Below, one piece after another: positions 18,457 through 29,068 of a DNA stretch of 64,000 nucleotides. The stretch is taken from assembly GCA_026396615.1 (NCBI GenBank), contig JAPLWK010000010.1, positions 133,916-197,915 on the forward strand, in the 5' to 3' direction. The position numbers and the translations under genes were made by a program. The notes beneath the pieces are model-generated. The model worked only from the letters and a program-made list of their open reading frames with translations, had not been told where the DNA came from and made no database searches. Each line of letters begins with the position of its first letter. Position 1 is the stretch's first letter. The stretch comes from a candidate division WWE3 bacterium (lineage in GTDB: Bacteria > Patescibacteriota > WWE3 > JAPLWK01).

Positions 18457-19977
18457 ATGCTCAAAGGATTAGCGATTATAACCCTGTCAACCCTTTTGCT
18501 ATTAGTTGGGTCAACTGACGTAAAAGCAGCCGACTCTAAATTTTCTACTTCTTACAAAACTACCTATGACGTTGATATTAGCGGTTTAACGACAGTCACT
18601 TCCGAGATTAGTTTAACCAATAAATCCGCCAATTTTTACGCTTCCAATTACGTTTTAACGTTAAGTTTTCCGCATATTTTAGAAGTTACTGCCTATGATC
18701 GCCTGGGTAATTGTCCGGTGACTCTTAATGGCTCAGAAATTAAGGTCCTGTTCAATGATAAAGTTGTTGGTTTAAATAGCATACTTCATTGGACTCTAAT
18801 TTATAAAACTCCCGATCTGGCAATAAAAAAAGGCCGGATTTGGGAAGTTGATCTTCCTAAAGTTGAAGGGAGTATAGATCTAGCCGATTACGTTACGGTT
18901 CTTAAGGTGCCCCAAAGCTTTGGTGACGATGCCCAAATGGCCAATACCGCAATTAGTAGCGGGGTAGCTGGTAGTAAAAACTTCTATGTTTTCTCTAAAA
19001 ACTTATTACTTAATCAAGGTGTCGCCGCTGTTTTTGGCGATTATCAAGTTTTTAAATATACTCTTAAGTATCATTTAAAAAACCTAAACCTACTACCGCA
19101 TTTTGAAGAAATTACTCTACCTCCAGGTGTTGCTAATTATCAAGAAACTTTTATTACTAGTTTATCACCCCGTCCCATTTCGTCACGAGTTGATAGTGAC
19201 GGTAATTTGCTGGCCAAGTATTTTTTGTGGTGGGGTCAAGATTTAGAAATCACTTTAGACGGAGAGGCCAAAGTTTATAATCGTCAAATTAATCCTTTTG
19301 TTGGAGGTAATGTTACGGCCATAACCTCTAACCTAAAATATTTGACTAATGCGGCAAGTTTTTGGGAGGTAACTGATCCGATTATTAAAAAGATTGCTTC
19401 TGATTTATATAATCCTACTAAAACCGTTTCTCAAAATGCTCAAAATATTTACACTTATGTCGTGGCCACTCTAAAATATAATAATGCCAAGGGTTTTGAT
19501 AATCGTTTAGGAGCCGTAGCAACTTTAAAAACTCCCGATAACGCCGTATGCACTGAATTTTCAGATCTCTTTGTGGCACTGGCTCGGTCAAATGGTATTC
19601 CGGCTCGGGAACTCGAGGGCTACGCTGCGACTAATCAAGATAATCGACCAATTTTAAATGACGTGCTACACGCCTGGGCTGAGTATTATGATCCGGTCTT
19701 TGGTTGGGTGGCCGTTGATCCAACGTGGGGCAATACCGCTAAAACTGATTTCTTCACGCATCTTGACGCTAACCATTTGGTCTTTGTCATACATGGTGTG
19801 TCGCCGGTATCACCCGCTCCGGCCGGAGCTTTTAAACTGGATATTACAGAAAAGGATCAAGTAGCGGTAGTTTTCGCGGATGCGGTCACTACAGATGCGA
19901 CTAAAGTAGTCCCACTTTCCGTCGACAATTCTTTGGGGACTAAAATTATTAGGTTTTTGGCTGGCATTAGTAATTAA
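18457..19977 (+). CDS. Secreted transglutaminase-like domain protein
   Basis: Signal peptide; VCTEFSDLF (Cys), HAWAEYY (His), VDPTW (Asp) triad. Confidence 0.88.
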   Translation: MLKGLAIITLSTLLLLVGSTDVKAADSKFSTSYKTTYDVDISGLTTVTSEISLTNKSANFYASNYVLTLSFPHILEVTAYDRLGNCPVTLNGSEIKVLFNDKVVGLNSILHWTLIYKTPDLAIKKGRIWEVDLPKVEGSIDLADYVTVLKVPQSFGDDAQMANTAISSGVAGSKNFYVFSKNLLLNQGVAAVFGDYQVFKYTLKYHLKNLNLLPHFEEITLPPGVANYQETFITSLSPRPISSRVDSDGNLLAKYFLWWGQDLEITLDGEAKVYNRQINPFVGGNVTAITSNLKYLTNAASFWEVTDPIIKKIASDLYNPTKTVSQNAQNIYTYVVATLKYNNAKGFDNRLGAVATLKTPDNAVCTEFSDLFVALARSNGIPARELEGYAATNQDNRPILNDVLHAWAEYYDPVFGWVAVDPTWGNTAKTDFFTHLDANHLVFVIHGVSPVSPAPAGAFKLDITEKDQVAVVFADAVTTDATKVVPLSVDNSLGTKIIRFLAGISN

Positions 19978-19980
19978 TTT

Positions 19981-21264
19981 ATGGTTCCTGCAGAATTCGC
20001 CACTTTACCAAAAACTCCCGGCGTCTATATTTTTAAAGATAAAGCCGGTCATATTTTGTACGTTGGGAAAGCGATTTCTCTAAAAGACCGGGTCTCCTCG
20101 TATTTTCAAGGTAGCCTTGATTTGGGTCCGAAAACCAGAGCTTTAGTAGCTAAGATTATTTTTATTGAACATGTCGACGTCGGTTCGGAACTGGAAGCGT
20201 TGCTCCTTGAAGCCGAGCTTATTAAGAGGCATCGGCCGCCTTATAACATTAGCCTCAAAGATGATAAGAGTTATCAGTATATTGTGATAGAAAAGTCAGA
20301 AAAGTTTCCTCGAATAAGTACCACCCATAATAAAGGTAATTTAAACACAAACTGGTTATATTTCGGGCCGTATCCTGAAGGGCGAACGGTGCGTCAGGTG
20401 GTCAAGGAACTCCGTCGGATCTTCATGTTTCGAGATTGTGGGGCTTCCAAGTATAATCGCTACCAAAATTTGAAGCGACCGTGTTTGTTTGGTGACATTA
20501 ATTTATGTGCGGCCCCTTGCGTCGGCCGCATTTCCGATGTCGACTACAACAAAAATATCAATCGGGTTGTAAAGTTTTTATCTAGTGGTCAAAAAGATCC
20601 TCTCATTCAGGAGATGAAAGGTGAGATGTCAAAATTGTCTGAAAATCAGGAGTTTGAAGCGGCCTCACAGCTTCGTGATCAAATCAGCCGTTTTGAATAC
20701 ATCACCCAGACTTTTAGGCCGGCCTCAGAGTTCCTTATTAACCCTAATCTCCAAAGTGATCAAAATAACGCGTCCGTGACAGATCTTTTAACTGTTCTCG
20801 GTCTTTCTGAAACGTCAAATCAACGCTTAGAGTGCGTCGATATTTCCCATCTTGGAGGAAGCCAAACGGTAGGGAGTTTAGTCGTTTTTAACGGTGGTCG
20901 ACCGGACAAAACTCAGTATCGACGCTTTCGAATCAAGTCTGTTCGCGGCATTTCCGATGTTGATTCTATATCAGAAGTTTTGACGAGACGTTTTAAGCAT
21001 GAAGAATGGCCTCTCCCGAGAGTTTTGATCATCGACGGCGGGAAGCCGCAAGTGGCGGCCGCAAAAAAAGTCCTTAAAGATTTAAACTTGACTTCAAAAC
21101 TAGAACTAATAGGGCTTGCCAAGCAATTTGAGACTATCGTACGCTCAGACGGAACGTCCCTTCGAATTCCAAGAAACCGACCGGCCATTCGACTGCTGCA
21201 AAGCTTACGTGACGAAGCCCACCGATTTGCCAATTCTTACCGTAAAAAGATAACTAATCTATAA
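19981..21264 (+). CDS. uvrC: Excinuclease ABC subunit C (no C-terminal HhH)
   Basis: GVY...YVGKA GIY-YIG, UVR, ECVDISH, IDGGKPQ, LRDEAHRFA. Confidence 0.93.
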   Translation: MVPAEFATLPKTPGVYIFKDKAGHILYVGKAISLKDRVSSYFQGSLDLGPKTRALVAKIIFIEHVDVGSELEALLLEAELIKRHRPPYNISLKDDKSYQYIVIEKSEKFPRISTTHNKGNLNTNWLYFGPYPEGRTVRQVVKELRRIFMFRDCGASKYNRYQNLKRPCLFGDINLCAAPCVGRISDVDYNKNINRVVKFLSSGQKDPLIQEMKGEMSKLSENQEFEAASQLRDQISRFEYITQTFRPASEFLINPNLQSDQNNASVTDLLTVLGLSETSNQRLECVDISHLGGSQTVGSLVVFNGGRPDKTQYRRFRIKSVRGISDVDSISEVLTRRFKHEEWPLPRVLIIDGGKPQVAAAKKVLKDLNLTSKLELIGLAKQFETIVRSDGTSLRIPRNRPAIRLLQSLRDEAHRFANSYRKKITNL

Positions 21265-21357
21265 TATAGATCGCTATCTATACTACAGGTTTGTTGGCGA
21301 GTCGATAAAGTGCTAATATATCGTTAATAATCGGTTAATTCAAGTAAGGAGGAAGAA

Positions 21358-21522
21358 ATGTTCCAGCAATTGGATGCAACCGCACAGGTCTTGTTTGAAG
21401 TTGTCGTTAGCGTCGTTCGCGTTTTTGTCATTGGCGGCTTTGTGCTTGTCTTCGCGTTGATCAGCGGTCTAATTGTGACCGAATTAATCAATCCGCAGAC
21501 ATTCTCCGATTATCGCCATTGA
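21358..21522 (+). CDS. Small membrane protein (54 aa), not in the ORF track
   Basis: AAGGAGG RBS, ATG 21358, hydrophobic stretch, TGA 21520-21522, followed by a terminator. Confidence 0.6.
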   Translation: MFQQLDATAQVLFEVVVSVVRVFVIGGFVLVFALISGLIVTELINPQTFSDYRH

Positions 21523-21540
21523 TGACAACCTTTTTATAAA

Positions 21541-21590
21541 TCCCGTCAGCGAAGGCATAATTTAAATGCTTTGCACTGGCGGGACTTTTT
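21541..21590 (+). terminator. Intrinsic terminator
   Basis: tcccgtcag...ctggcggga followed by cttttt. Confidence 0.65.
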
Positions 21591-21606
21591 GCGTTATAAT
21601 AGAGCA

Positions 21607-22008
21607 GTGAAATCGATATTGCGTCACATCTTTATTAATTTAGTGGCTATTTACGTAGTGGGCTTTGTGGTCACCGGTATTGATTGGCGAGGCGATCTAA
21701 AAGTGCTGCTACTGGCGGCTTTAGCTTTGGGGATTATTAACGTAACGGTTCGGCCGATTGTTAAAATCATCACTTTACCAATTAACGCAATTACCCTTGG
21801 CTTGTTCTCGATTGTCGTTAACGCTTTAATGCTTTACGCGGTCACCCTGATCATTCCGGGATTTTTTATTAACGCCTTTAATTTTTCCGGCTTAAATTTG
21901 TTGGGAGTTATAATTCCAGCGGCCCATTTAAGTAAAATTACGGCAACTGTGGCGGCGGCGGTTGGTATTAGCGTAATAACCGGTATATTTAATTGGTTTG
22001 TGGAGTAG
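21607..22008 (+). CDS. Phage holin family (4-TM, YvlD-like) membrane protein
   Basis: VRPIVKIITLPINAITLGLFSIVVNALML signature; GTG start after TATAAT. Confidence 0.85.
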   Translation: MKSILRHIFINLVAIYVVGFVVTGIDWRGDLKVLLLAALALGIINVTVRPIVKIITLPINAITLGLFSIVVNALMLYAVTLIIPGFFINAFNFSGLNLLGVIIPAAHLSKITATVAAAVGISVITGIFNWFVE

Positions 22009-22009
22009 C

Positions 22010-22234
22010 ATGAATTTAAATTTAGCCTTTAGCATCACCGAAATCGTTTTATCCGTAATTATAACCGGCTTGATTCTAATTCAAGCCAAAGGGACGGGCT
22101 TAGCTCGGTCTTTTAGCGGGGTCGGTGGTTTTTACAGTAGTAAGCGGGGGCTGGAAAAGATAGTTTTTGTTGCCACTATAGTGTTCTCGGTCGTTTTTGT
22201 AATAGTTATAATTGCACATCTGCGTTTTAAGTAA
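22010..22234 (+). CDS. secG: Preprotein translocase subunit SecG
   Basis: ILIQAKGTGL...SKRGLEK between two TM helices. Confidence 0.9.
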   Translation: MNLNLAFSITEIVLSVIITGLILIQAKGTGLARSFSGVGGFYSSKRGLEKIVFVATIVFSVVFVIVIIAHLRFK

Positions 22235-22249
22235 TATTTCGGTACGCCC

Positions 22250-23683
22250 ATGATCCTGCAAATCCTAAGTCTAATTCGTTCTTTACTTTTTTTCGCGGCT
22301 TTTTTCGCGGCTTCAATTCTACCTCAACCAACTTACGTTGAGGGCGTTACGGAGCAGCCAACCGGTTTTGTTCCCGTGGCCACGTCAAATGATATTGATC
22401 GCACCGTTCAAAAAATAATTTATCGCAGTTTATTTAAATACGATGTAACCGGAACTATTATTCCCGATTTGGCTGACTACTGGGAGGTTTCCGCTGATGG
22501 CCTTACTTATACCGTGAGAATTAAGGCGAGTCAGCGTTGGCAAGATGGGAAATCGCTTTCGGCTAATGATATTATTTATACCGCCAGTAATTCTCGTGAA
22601 CTAACCGGGGTGGCTACCGACAGGCTTGATTCTCGAACCGTTCGTTTTACTTTACCCAATAAATTTTCGCCTTTTTATGATCTTTTGACTATTCCGGTTT
22701 TACCGGCTCATTTGGAAGGCCATAATGATAAATGGTTACCGGTTGGTAGTAGTAATTATCGGGTTATTCGGGTTGACCGCGATCGTGGGCTTATTAAAGA
22801 CGTTATTTTACAAGGAAATTCTCCCAGTTTGGCAATTACGAGAGTGGAGTTTAAGTTTTACGATTCCGAAAAAGATTTGGAAACCGCGGCTAAACTGGGA
22901 GAGGTTAACGCTTTTTCCGAAAAGGAGGATCAATTTTCTTATAACAACTATACTAAGATTTCAATTCCGGAAAAGAATCGTTATTACGCCCTGTTTTTTA
23001 ATACCCGTGATAAAAAATTAGCAGACGTTTCTGTTCGCGCCAAATTAGCTTCCGGTCTTTCGGTATCGGGTATTTTAAAAAACGTTTTCGGCGATAATTT
23101 TGTAGCCACTACCGGTCCGCTAAGTTTAAACAAATTTGCCCGCGGTGATTTGGATTACGCTGCTCCCGATTCTAAAAAATTGGAATTACCAAAAGAACTG
23201 CGTTTAGCAATTGTTGGTAATTCGGTCAATATAAAAATTGCTAATGAAGTTAGCGCTGCTTGGAAACTATTGTCTGTAAAAGTAAAAATTAATGTTTACA
23301 CGATTGAACAATTTAATAGCGAGGTTATTGGTAAACGTGATTTTGATGTTTTATTATTCGGTCAGGAGGTAAGTAGCGATCCCGATCGTTACGTTTTATG
23401 GCATTCCAGCCAGGCGAATTTTCCGGGCCTTAATTTAAGCGGGATCGCCAACTCCCGAATTGATAAAGCGCTTGAGGAAGGTCGAAAAGAAAAAGCTGCC
23501 GATATTCGTCAAAAACATTACAGTATTTTTCAAAAGGCTGTTATGGATGAAGTTCCGGCGATATTTTTATATCATCCGATTTTTAACTATTATGTACGGG
23601 ATAATTTAAATGGTTTAGATTTAAAAAACTTTTCTCTGCCGTCTGATCGATTTTTATCTCTTTCAAATTGGGGCTTTAAATAG
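22250..23683 (+). CDS. ABC transporter substrate-binding protein, family 5
   Basis: PDLADYWEVSADGLTYTVRIK...WQDG signature. Confidence 0.88.
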   Translation: MILQILSLIRSLLFFAAFFAASILPQPTYVEGVTEQPTGFVPVATSNDIDRTVQKIIYRSLFKYDVTGTIIPDLADYWEVSADGLTYTVRIKASQRWQDGKSLSANDIIYTASNSRELTGVATDRLDSRTVRFTLPNKFSPFYDLLTIPVLPAHLEGHNDKWLPVGSSNYRVIRVDRDRGLIKDVILQGNSPSLAITRVEFKFYDSEKDLETAAKLGEVNAFSEKEDQFSYNNYTKISIPEKNRYYALFFNTRDKKLADVSVRAKLASGLSVSGILKNVFGDNFVATTGPLSLNKFARGDLDYAAPDSKKLELPKELRLAIVGNSVNIKIANEVSAAWKLLSVKVKINVYTIEQFNSEVIGKRDFDVLLFGQEVSSDPDRYVLWHSSQANFPGLNLSGIANSRIDKALEEGRKEKAADIRQKHYSIFQKAVMDEVPAIFLYHPIFNYYVRDNLNGLDLKNFSLPSDRFLSLSNWGFK

Positions 23684-24401
23684 TCTTAACTAATTTAATA
23701 AAAATACTGGGGCCGAAATATAATTTTCCTAAAGGTTTGTGAACAAGATTATCAAGAGAACTTAAAACCCTACCGGGAATAATCTTTTTAATAACCGGGC
23801 TTCTAAAATTAGAAACGCTTAAAGTTGCCACCACCTTCCAATTTAGATCATTTAGAATTTTTAAAATATGCTCAGGGTGAAAGTTTAGAAATACGCCGGA
23901 ATCAGCAGTCAATTGATTATAAGGGGTTTTATCGGCGGCGAAGTGTCGACCGTGTTTTAGCAGCGCTTTAAAATGATTTTTATTGGCAAACTCTAGAATA
24001 AAAGTGCTGCCGGGGGCCATTACGCGGTATATTTCTTTTAAAGCCAGTTCCGGTTCTTCCAAATGGTGCATCACTCGAATCATCATACCGCTATCAAAAC
24101 TATTATCCGGGAACGGTAATTTATAAACGTCACCGCGGACGTAAGTAACCTGGTCATCTTTTAGAAATTCGCGAGCTTTGGTTAAATTTTCGGTTGAGTA
24201 ATCAAGTAACACAGCGCTTTGACAGCGATTAAGCAGGTCTTTAAGATTACGGCCAAAGCCACCGCCAACATCAATAAATTTTTGGCACTTTTTAGGCACT
24301 AATTTTTTAATAGCCTGCTGCTCGGCTAAATTTTCGTAATCACGGCCCGTCCAGTATTTTTGATAATTAAAGTGGGTAGAATCGTAATCAGCCAAGTCCA
24401 T
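23676..24401 (-). CDS. Class I SAM-dependent methyltransferase
   Basis: IDVGGGFGR motif I and LPFPDNSFD. Confidence 0.9.
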   Translation of the reverse strand: MDLADYDSTHFNYQKYWTGRDYENLAEQQAIKKLVPKKCQKFIDVGGGFGRNLKDLLNRCQSAVLLDYSTENLTKAREFLKDDQVTYVRGDVYKLPFPDNSFDSGMMIRVMHHLEEPELALKEIYRVMAPGSTFILEFANKNHFKALLKHGRHFAADKTPYNQLTADSGVFLNFHPEHILKILNDLNWKVVATLSVSNFRSPVIKKIIPGRVLSSLDNLVHKPLGKLYFGPSIFIKLVKTI

Positions 24402-24402
24402 G

Positions 24403-25323
24403 TTAGAGTTTAGTAACACCGGTAACCGCGGTCATTGTTTTATTTCTTTCATCATATAATCCTTGTAAACGCACTTTATCATTTACCTTCAGGTTCTGGA
24501 TTAAGGTGCTACTGGTTGTATCCACAATGATGGTAAGGTTATTTATCAACGTGAAACTGAGTGCCTTGCCGGTAATAGCCGAAACACTGCCGGAAAGATA
24601 GGTGTTACGAGTGGTATTGGTCAAATCGCGGATGGCATAGGCGTCACCACCAATGGCGGCCACCTCGACTTCGTGTCCGGTGGTGAGGTCAACAATATTA
24701 ATATCAGACCCATACTTTCTAATTAACTTGGTGAAGGTGTTAATGTTGAAGACTTTTGACTCACCTTTAGTTGTTGTCACAGTAATAGTTTTGGCTTGAA
24801 TTTCTGAAACAATGCCTTGAAAAGTGTCAATGGTAATATTTCCCAGATCTGCAGGGGCGGCCAGCACATATGCCGATTCGATTTTTTCATTGTTGCTATT
24901 ATCTAGAGCCGTCACTACTAATTCATTGGGACCTATTTTAAGTGGTGCGATCATATTAAAAGACCCATCGTCAGCAATCGTTACTTCCTTTTCATTAAGG
25001 AGGACTTTGGCGCCGCTCGTTGTCTGACCGCGCAGTGGTTCCTGCATATTGGTAGTAATCAATTTATCGGTCGGATTAATTAAAACTAAAAATAACGGTT
25101 GGGCCGAGGTGGTAGCTTCCGGGGTTTGCCAAGGTTGATCCGCTTTTGTTGCGGCGGGCCCTGAAGCCTGTTTGGCCTGCGGTAAATTTAAACTTTTAGA
25201 TTGAATATTTATTTTAATCGGATTAAGAGTATTAATAACGAATAGCGACAACGCAATAGCAGCAACAATTGCTAAAATAGTGGCTATTATCATGGCGTGT
25301 TTAGACATCATATCCGTCTTCAT
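24403..25323 (-). CDS. Membrane-anchored extracellular protein (Ig-like plus OB-like/DUF5666-like repeats)
   Basis: N-terminal TM; DGSF...LKIGPN Ig-like segment; repeated GxVxxI...LxVGxxV beta motifs; start uncertain. Confidence 0.6.
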   Translation of the reverse strand: MKTDMMSKHAMIIATILAIVAAIALSLFVINTLNPIKINIQSKSLNLPQAKQASGPAATKADQPWQTPEATTSAQPLFLVLINPTDKLITTNMQEPLRGQTTSGAKVLLNEKEVTIADDGSFNMIAPLKIGPNELVVTALDNSNNEKIESAYVLAAPADLGNITIDTFQGIVSEIQAKTITVTTTKGESKVFNINTFTKLIRKYGSDINIVDLTTGHEVEVAAIGGDAYAIRDLTNTTRNTYLSGSVSAITGKALSFTLINNLTIIVDTTSSTLIQNLKVNDKVRLQGLYDERNKTMTAVTGVTKL

Positions 25324-25376
25324 GATACCAGATTTTGACTCTTGCGGGAGCCATAATTTTTTGCGATCATACAACT

Positions 25377-25748
25377 GTGCCAGAAAACGCCGAAATAACC
25401 GCCATGATAAACAAGGCCTTTGAGCTGATTGAGAAGTCCAAAGAGGATATAAAAGTGATAAAGAATCAATTAGATGAAGTTTTAGCTTCGGATCCGGTCT
25501 ACACGGACGCTCAAAAAGAAGTGGAAGTGGCTCGTGAAGCTAAAGCGATGGCTTCTCAAAAGGCGGAAGCCAACACCACCGTTACCGGCTTAATGAACGC
25601 CTTAAAAGAGCGAAAAATAGAATTACGTGATTACAAAGATTCCTTGTCAGCTTCGTTGGTCGAATACTACAAAGCTACCGGGTCCACCGAAATTACTACT
25701 AGTGACGGTAAAACCTACACTTTCTCTTTCTCGGCTCGCCTTTCCTAA
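25377..25748 (+). CDS. Coiled-coil hypothetical protein
   Basis: Open frame; GTG start 25377 inferred. Confidence 0.65.
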   Translation: MPENAEITAMINKAFELIEKSKEDIKVIKNQLDEVLASDPVYTDAQKEVEVAREAKAMASQKAEANTTVTGLMNALKERKIELRDYKDSLSASLVEYYKATGSTEITTSDGKTYTFSFSARLS

Positions 25749-25776
25749 GTCGTCTGGTTGCTGTTAAAATGGCCTC

Positions 25777-26874
25777 ATGAGTTCAGTTTGGGGGTTGGTT
25801 TTTTCGACTTTACTTGGTCTGTTTGGGGGCCATAATCAGGTTCTAAGTGCTTCGGTTGGTTCTTGGGCACTTCCAAACAATAAGTTCGGTTTATATATCT
25901 ACTCAGTCAACGATTATGCTTCGGCAGCGGCCACACTCGTTAATAGTAACGGAGGAGACTGGGGGTACGTCCTCGTCCCTTACGCGGTTTACGATACGGA
26001 CATAGAAAAGTGGCGCGGCTTCTTTTTAGAACTTCACAAAGACAATTTAATTCCCATAATTCAACTGTGGGATCTTCGGAACTCTGAGGATACGCAGCAC
26101 GCGGCCGAGTTTTTGGATTCACTACCTTGGCCGACGACTATCCACTATGTTAGCGTTTACAATGAGCCCAACGACAGTCGTTTCTGGTACAACAAAGTCG
26201 ATCCTGCGGGCTACGCTGCGGTTCTAGATCAAACAATTACCACTTTTAAAAAACAAAATTCAGCTTTCTTTATGTTAAACGGGGCCTTTAATGCTTCGGC
26301 CAGAAACGGCAATGGTTACATGGACGAAGTTGATTACGTCACAGCGATGAATAAAGCAGTTCCTGGAATTTTTAAGCGGCTTGATGGTTGGGCGTCGCAT
26401 CCTTATCCACAGCCAAACTTTTCGGGATCGCTGGCAGACACTGGTCGCGACAGTATTAAAGCTTACGATTGGGAATTGTCACTTTTGAAAGATAAGTTCG
26501 GGGTCAATAATTTACCGGTCTTCATTACCGAAACCGGTTGGGCCCACCAAGAAGGCGTCACTCCGGACTATTCATTTTACACCGCTGACCAAACGGCCGC
26601 TTTAATCAAAGAAGCTTACGAACAGGTTTGGTTGCCGGACCCTCGCATTATTGCCGTCACTCCGTTTACTATTAAATACAGTCATCCCGAAGATCACTTT
26701 AATTGGCTGGACCCTGAAAATAAGCCATATCCACAATTTTACGCTATTCAACAAATGCCGAAAGTTGCCGGGAAGCCTACGGAGTCGCCCTGGTATCTTT
26801 TTTATCCTGATATTCGGCAGATAATAATTGATTTATTTGACAGAGCTACTCTTAGGGTCAATACTAATATGTAG
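25777..26874 (+). CDS. Secreted glycoside hydrolase (clan GH-A-like)
   Basis: YNEPN acid/base, SHPY, VFITETGW nucleophile motifs. Confidence 0.8.
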   Translation: MSSVWGLVFSTLLGLFGGHNQVLSASVGSWALPNNKFGLYIYSVNDYASAAATLVNSNGGDWGYVLVPYAVYDTDIEKWRGFFLELHKDNLIPIIQLWDLRNSEDTQHAAEFLDSLPWPTTIHYVSVYNEPNDSRFWYNKVDPAGYAAVLDQTITTFKKQNSAFFMLNGAFNASARNGNGYMDEVDYVTAMNKAVPGIFKRLDGWASHPYPQPNFSGSLADTGRDSIKAYDWELSLLKDKFGVNNLPVFITETGWAHQEGVTPDYSFYTADQTAALIKEAYEQVWLPDPRIIAVTPFTIKYSHPEDHFNWLDPENKPYPQFYAIQQMPKVAGKPTESPWYLFYPDIRQIIIDLFDRATLRVNTNM

Positions 26875-27360
26875 ATGCGTAAACTTCTGCCTGTTGTTAT
26901 TTTATTTGCTATCGTTTCCTTGGGATTGGTCGTCAAAGCCCAAGCTTCCGTTCTGACTCTAACCGACATTGGTACTGTTTCCACCGCTGGTCATATTTAT
27001 AATCACTGGTGGTATACGGTCGCTAACCCGACGCTTAAGGGAATGGCCGATCCTTCAGCCTCAGTATCCGTCACTATCGACAGTGTTGCTAATACCGCGA
27101 CCGCAGATGCTTCAGGGTTGTGGACACTCTCGACGTCAACTTTGACGATAGGTGATCATGCTGTTGTGATTAGTTCCGGTACATCGACAGCACTTAGCTT
27201 CACTTTAACCATTGGTAGTAGTAGTCCTTCAGGAAATGGCGCGACTCCTTCCGGTACTCCTAACACCGCTAGTCCTTTATATACCGCTGGAGTTGTTTTG
27301 GCTTCCGGTTTAGCCTTATTGATTGGATTTAAAACGCTCAAAAGCTCTAAGGTAATTTAA
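26875..27360 (+). CDS. Surface protein with Ig-like domain and sortase-type C-terminal signal
   Basis: Signal peptide; ADASGLW Big-like motif; TPNTA plus TM plus basic tail. Confidence 0.7.
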   Translation: MRKLLPVVILFAIVSLGLVVKAQASVLTLTDIGTVSTAGHIYNHWWYTVANPTLKGMADPSASVSVTIDSVANTATADASGLWTLSTSTLTIGDHAVVISSGTSTALSFTLTIGSSSPSGNGATPSGTPNTASPLYTAGVVLASGLALLIGFKTLKSSKVI

Positions 27361-27361
27361 T

Positions 27362-29068
27362 TTACCAACTCCCACCACCGCCGCCTCCGCCTCCGCCTCC
27401 ACCACTAAAACCACCACCGCCAGAGAATCCGCCGCCTCCGAAACCACTGCTAAAGCCGGAACTGCTGCGAGTGCTGGTGTAAGGGGCGGCTGAAAATCCG
27501 GTCGTGGCCCTATCAAACGAATTTAAAGTATTCGCAAGTATTAGTGCATTGAACAATTGACCACTGCTGTCGCCGTACCAAGTCACGTCAGTTGGAATTG
27601 ACAGGTCTTTAAAGCGACTGGCCCACTCGCGGGTCACACCAAAAGCCACAGCGTAAGGTAGTAGTTTTTCAAAAAAGTACCAATTCTTCTCTTGAAAATT
27701 GAGCTCTTTTTCTTGAGAAACTAGAAATCTCTTTAAAGCTTCGGCCTCCTCTTTCTTCTGGGCTCCCAGAGCCGTCTTTTTTGGCATTACTCTCGAGAAA
27801 ATTAGAAGCACAATTCCCAGCGGAATGTTTATACCGGTAAATAAAATTGCACTTCCAAAACCGGCGTAAAGTTTACGTACAGTGTCGGGGTTACCAGCGA
27901 ATAGGCCTTCCGCAGTTAAGTCGCTGTATAGGCTTTTCTTGGCTTGATTAACAGTTGTGTAGAAACTGCTTTTTAAATCACTAGTTGAGACTTCCGTGTC
28001 TGTGGCAAATATTCCGTCATAGATTATAGTTTCATACGGCCGAAAAGATCCAAACCCGTTTTTAGGCTCAGTTTTTGTAAATGTAAAATCACTACCATCT
28101 TTTTTAATCGTTAAAAAACCACGAATGGCCAGCGACACTATGGTGGCCGAAATATCACGGCTATCGACTTGCTCCGAAGTTAGTAGTCCCGTTTCCGCCG
28201 GCCTCAAAGGCTCACCGTCAATATGCTTTGGAGGATCGAACAGGACCCGAGGAGCGCCAAGAACTTTAGGATCCCTTCCAAATAAAAACCAGGCGATGCC
28301 GACCAGAATCGGCACTAAAATGTACCAGAGGGCAAAGAGAATTGGTAGTATTGGTGACGATGTGACATTGTTATTGTTTGTTTGACTGGTGGTTCCGAGT
28401 GGCGTTGGGGCGAGCGGTGTCACTAAACCAGTTGGAAAGCCGAAAACAACAGTTAAACCTTCATAAGTGTTAAGCGATTGGGTTGTTGTAAAATTGGCGC
28501 CGTCAGAGGTAGTTAAAGTCGTGCAGTTTTTAGCGGTTGACTTAGTGGTTCCGGTATAACATGTGGCATTAAGATTACTGGAAGTGGTGGGCAGTGTCAC
28601 CGTGACTGAAGCGTTTTGGATTGGGACTTGCCAGGCGTTACCAACGGGACTCCAGTAAAGCTCGTCGTGGTCACTAAAGTTTTGAATAGCTCCCGATAAA
28701 GTGTAATTAATTTGATATTGCTGGATTCCAGTCAGCGTTATATTGGGGTCGCCGATCTTCAAGTAAATCTGATCACTGCTGCTTTGATCGCTGTACGACG
28801 CTCCCGAAACTGAAATGTTTGACGCTGTCACTAAGTAATTACTTCCATCTTGATTAGTGATTTTTAACGGGATATTCCTAAAAATACCATGCTTGGGAGT
28901 TGTACCTAGGTCATAAATGATATCTTCGGTTACATTAATTGTCCCGTTACTTTGAATGGCCCAGTCAGCATGGAATGAATTAATGTTTTCAGCGGCCCTG
29001 GCTTTAGTGACTACTAAGATTGGAAGAATAAGACTTGCGACGATGATTGAAAGTATTAGACGTTTCAT
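27362..29068 (-). CDS. DUF2207 family membrane protein
   Basis: HGIFRNIP, DELYW, LLPYAVAFG, terminal GGGGGGGGSW. Confidence 0.9.
   Translation of the reverse strand: MKRLILSIIVASLILPILVVTKARAAENINSFHADWAIQSNGTINVTEDIIYDLGTTPKHGIFRNIPLKITNQDGSNYLVTASNISVSGASYSDQSSSDQIYLKIGDPNITLTGIQQYQINYTLSGAIQNFSDHDELYWSPVGNAWQVPIQNASVTVTLPTTSSNLNATCYTGTTKSTAKNCTTLTTSDGANFTTTQSLNTYEGLTVVFGFPTGLVTPLAPTPLGTTSQTNNNNVTSSPILPILFALWYILVPILVGIAWFLFGRDPKVLGAPRVLFDPPKHIDGEPLRPAETGLLTSEQVDSRDISATIVSLAIRGFLTIKKDGSDFTFTKTEPKNGFGSFRPYETIIYDGIFATDTEVSTSDLKSSFYTTVNQAKKSLYSDLTAEGLFAGNPDTVRKLYAGFGSAILFTGINIPLGIVLLIFSRVMPKKTALGAQKKEEAEALKRFLVSQEKELNFQEKNWYFFEKLLPYAVAFGVTREWASRFKDLSIPTDVTWYGDSSGQLFNALILANTLNSFDRATTGFSAAPYTSTRSSSGFSSGFGGGGFSGGGGFSGGGGGGGGGGGSW

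Noticed and set aside
21607-22008. Holin-family gene as evidence of a prophage
   Set aside because: This family is a common chromosomal membrane protein, here adjacent to secG with no phage genes.
27365-27470. GC-rich CCN repeat tract
   Set aside because: It encodes the normal Gly-rich C-terminus of the DUF2207 protein.
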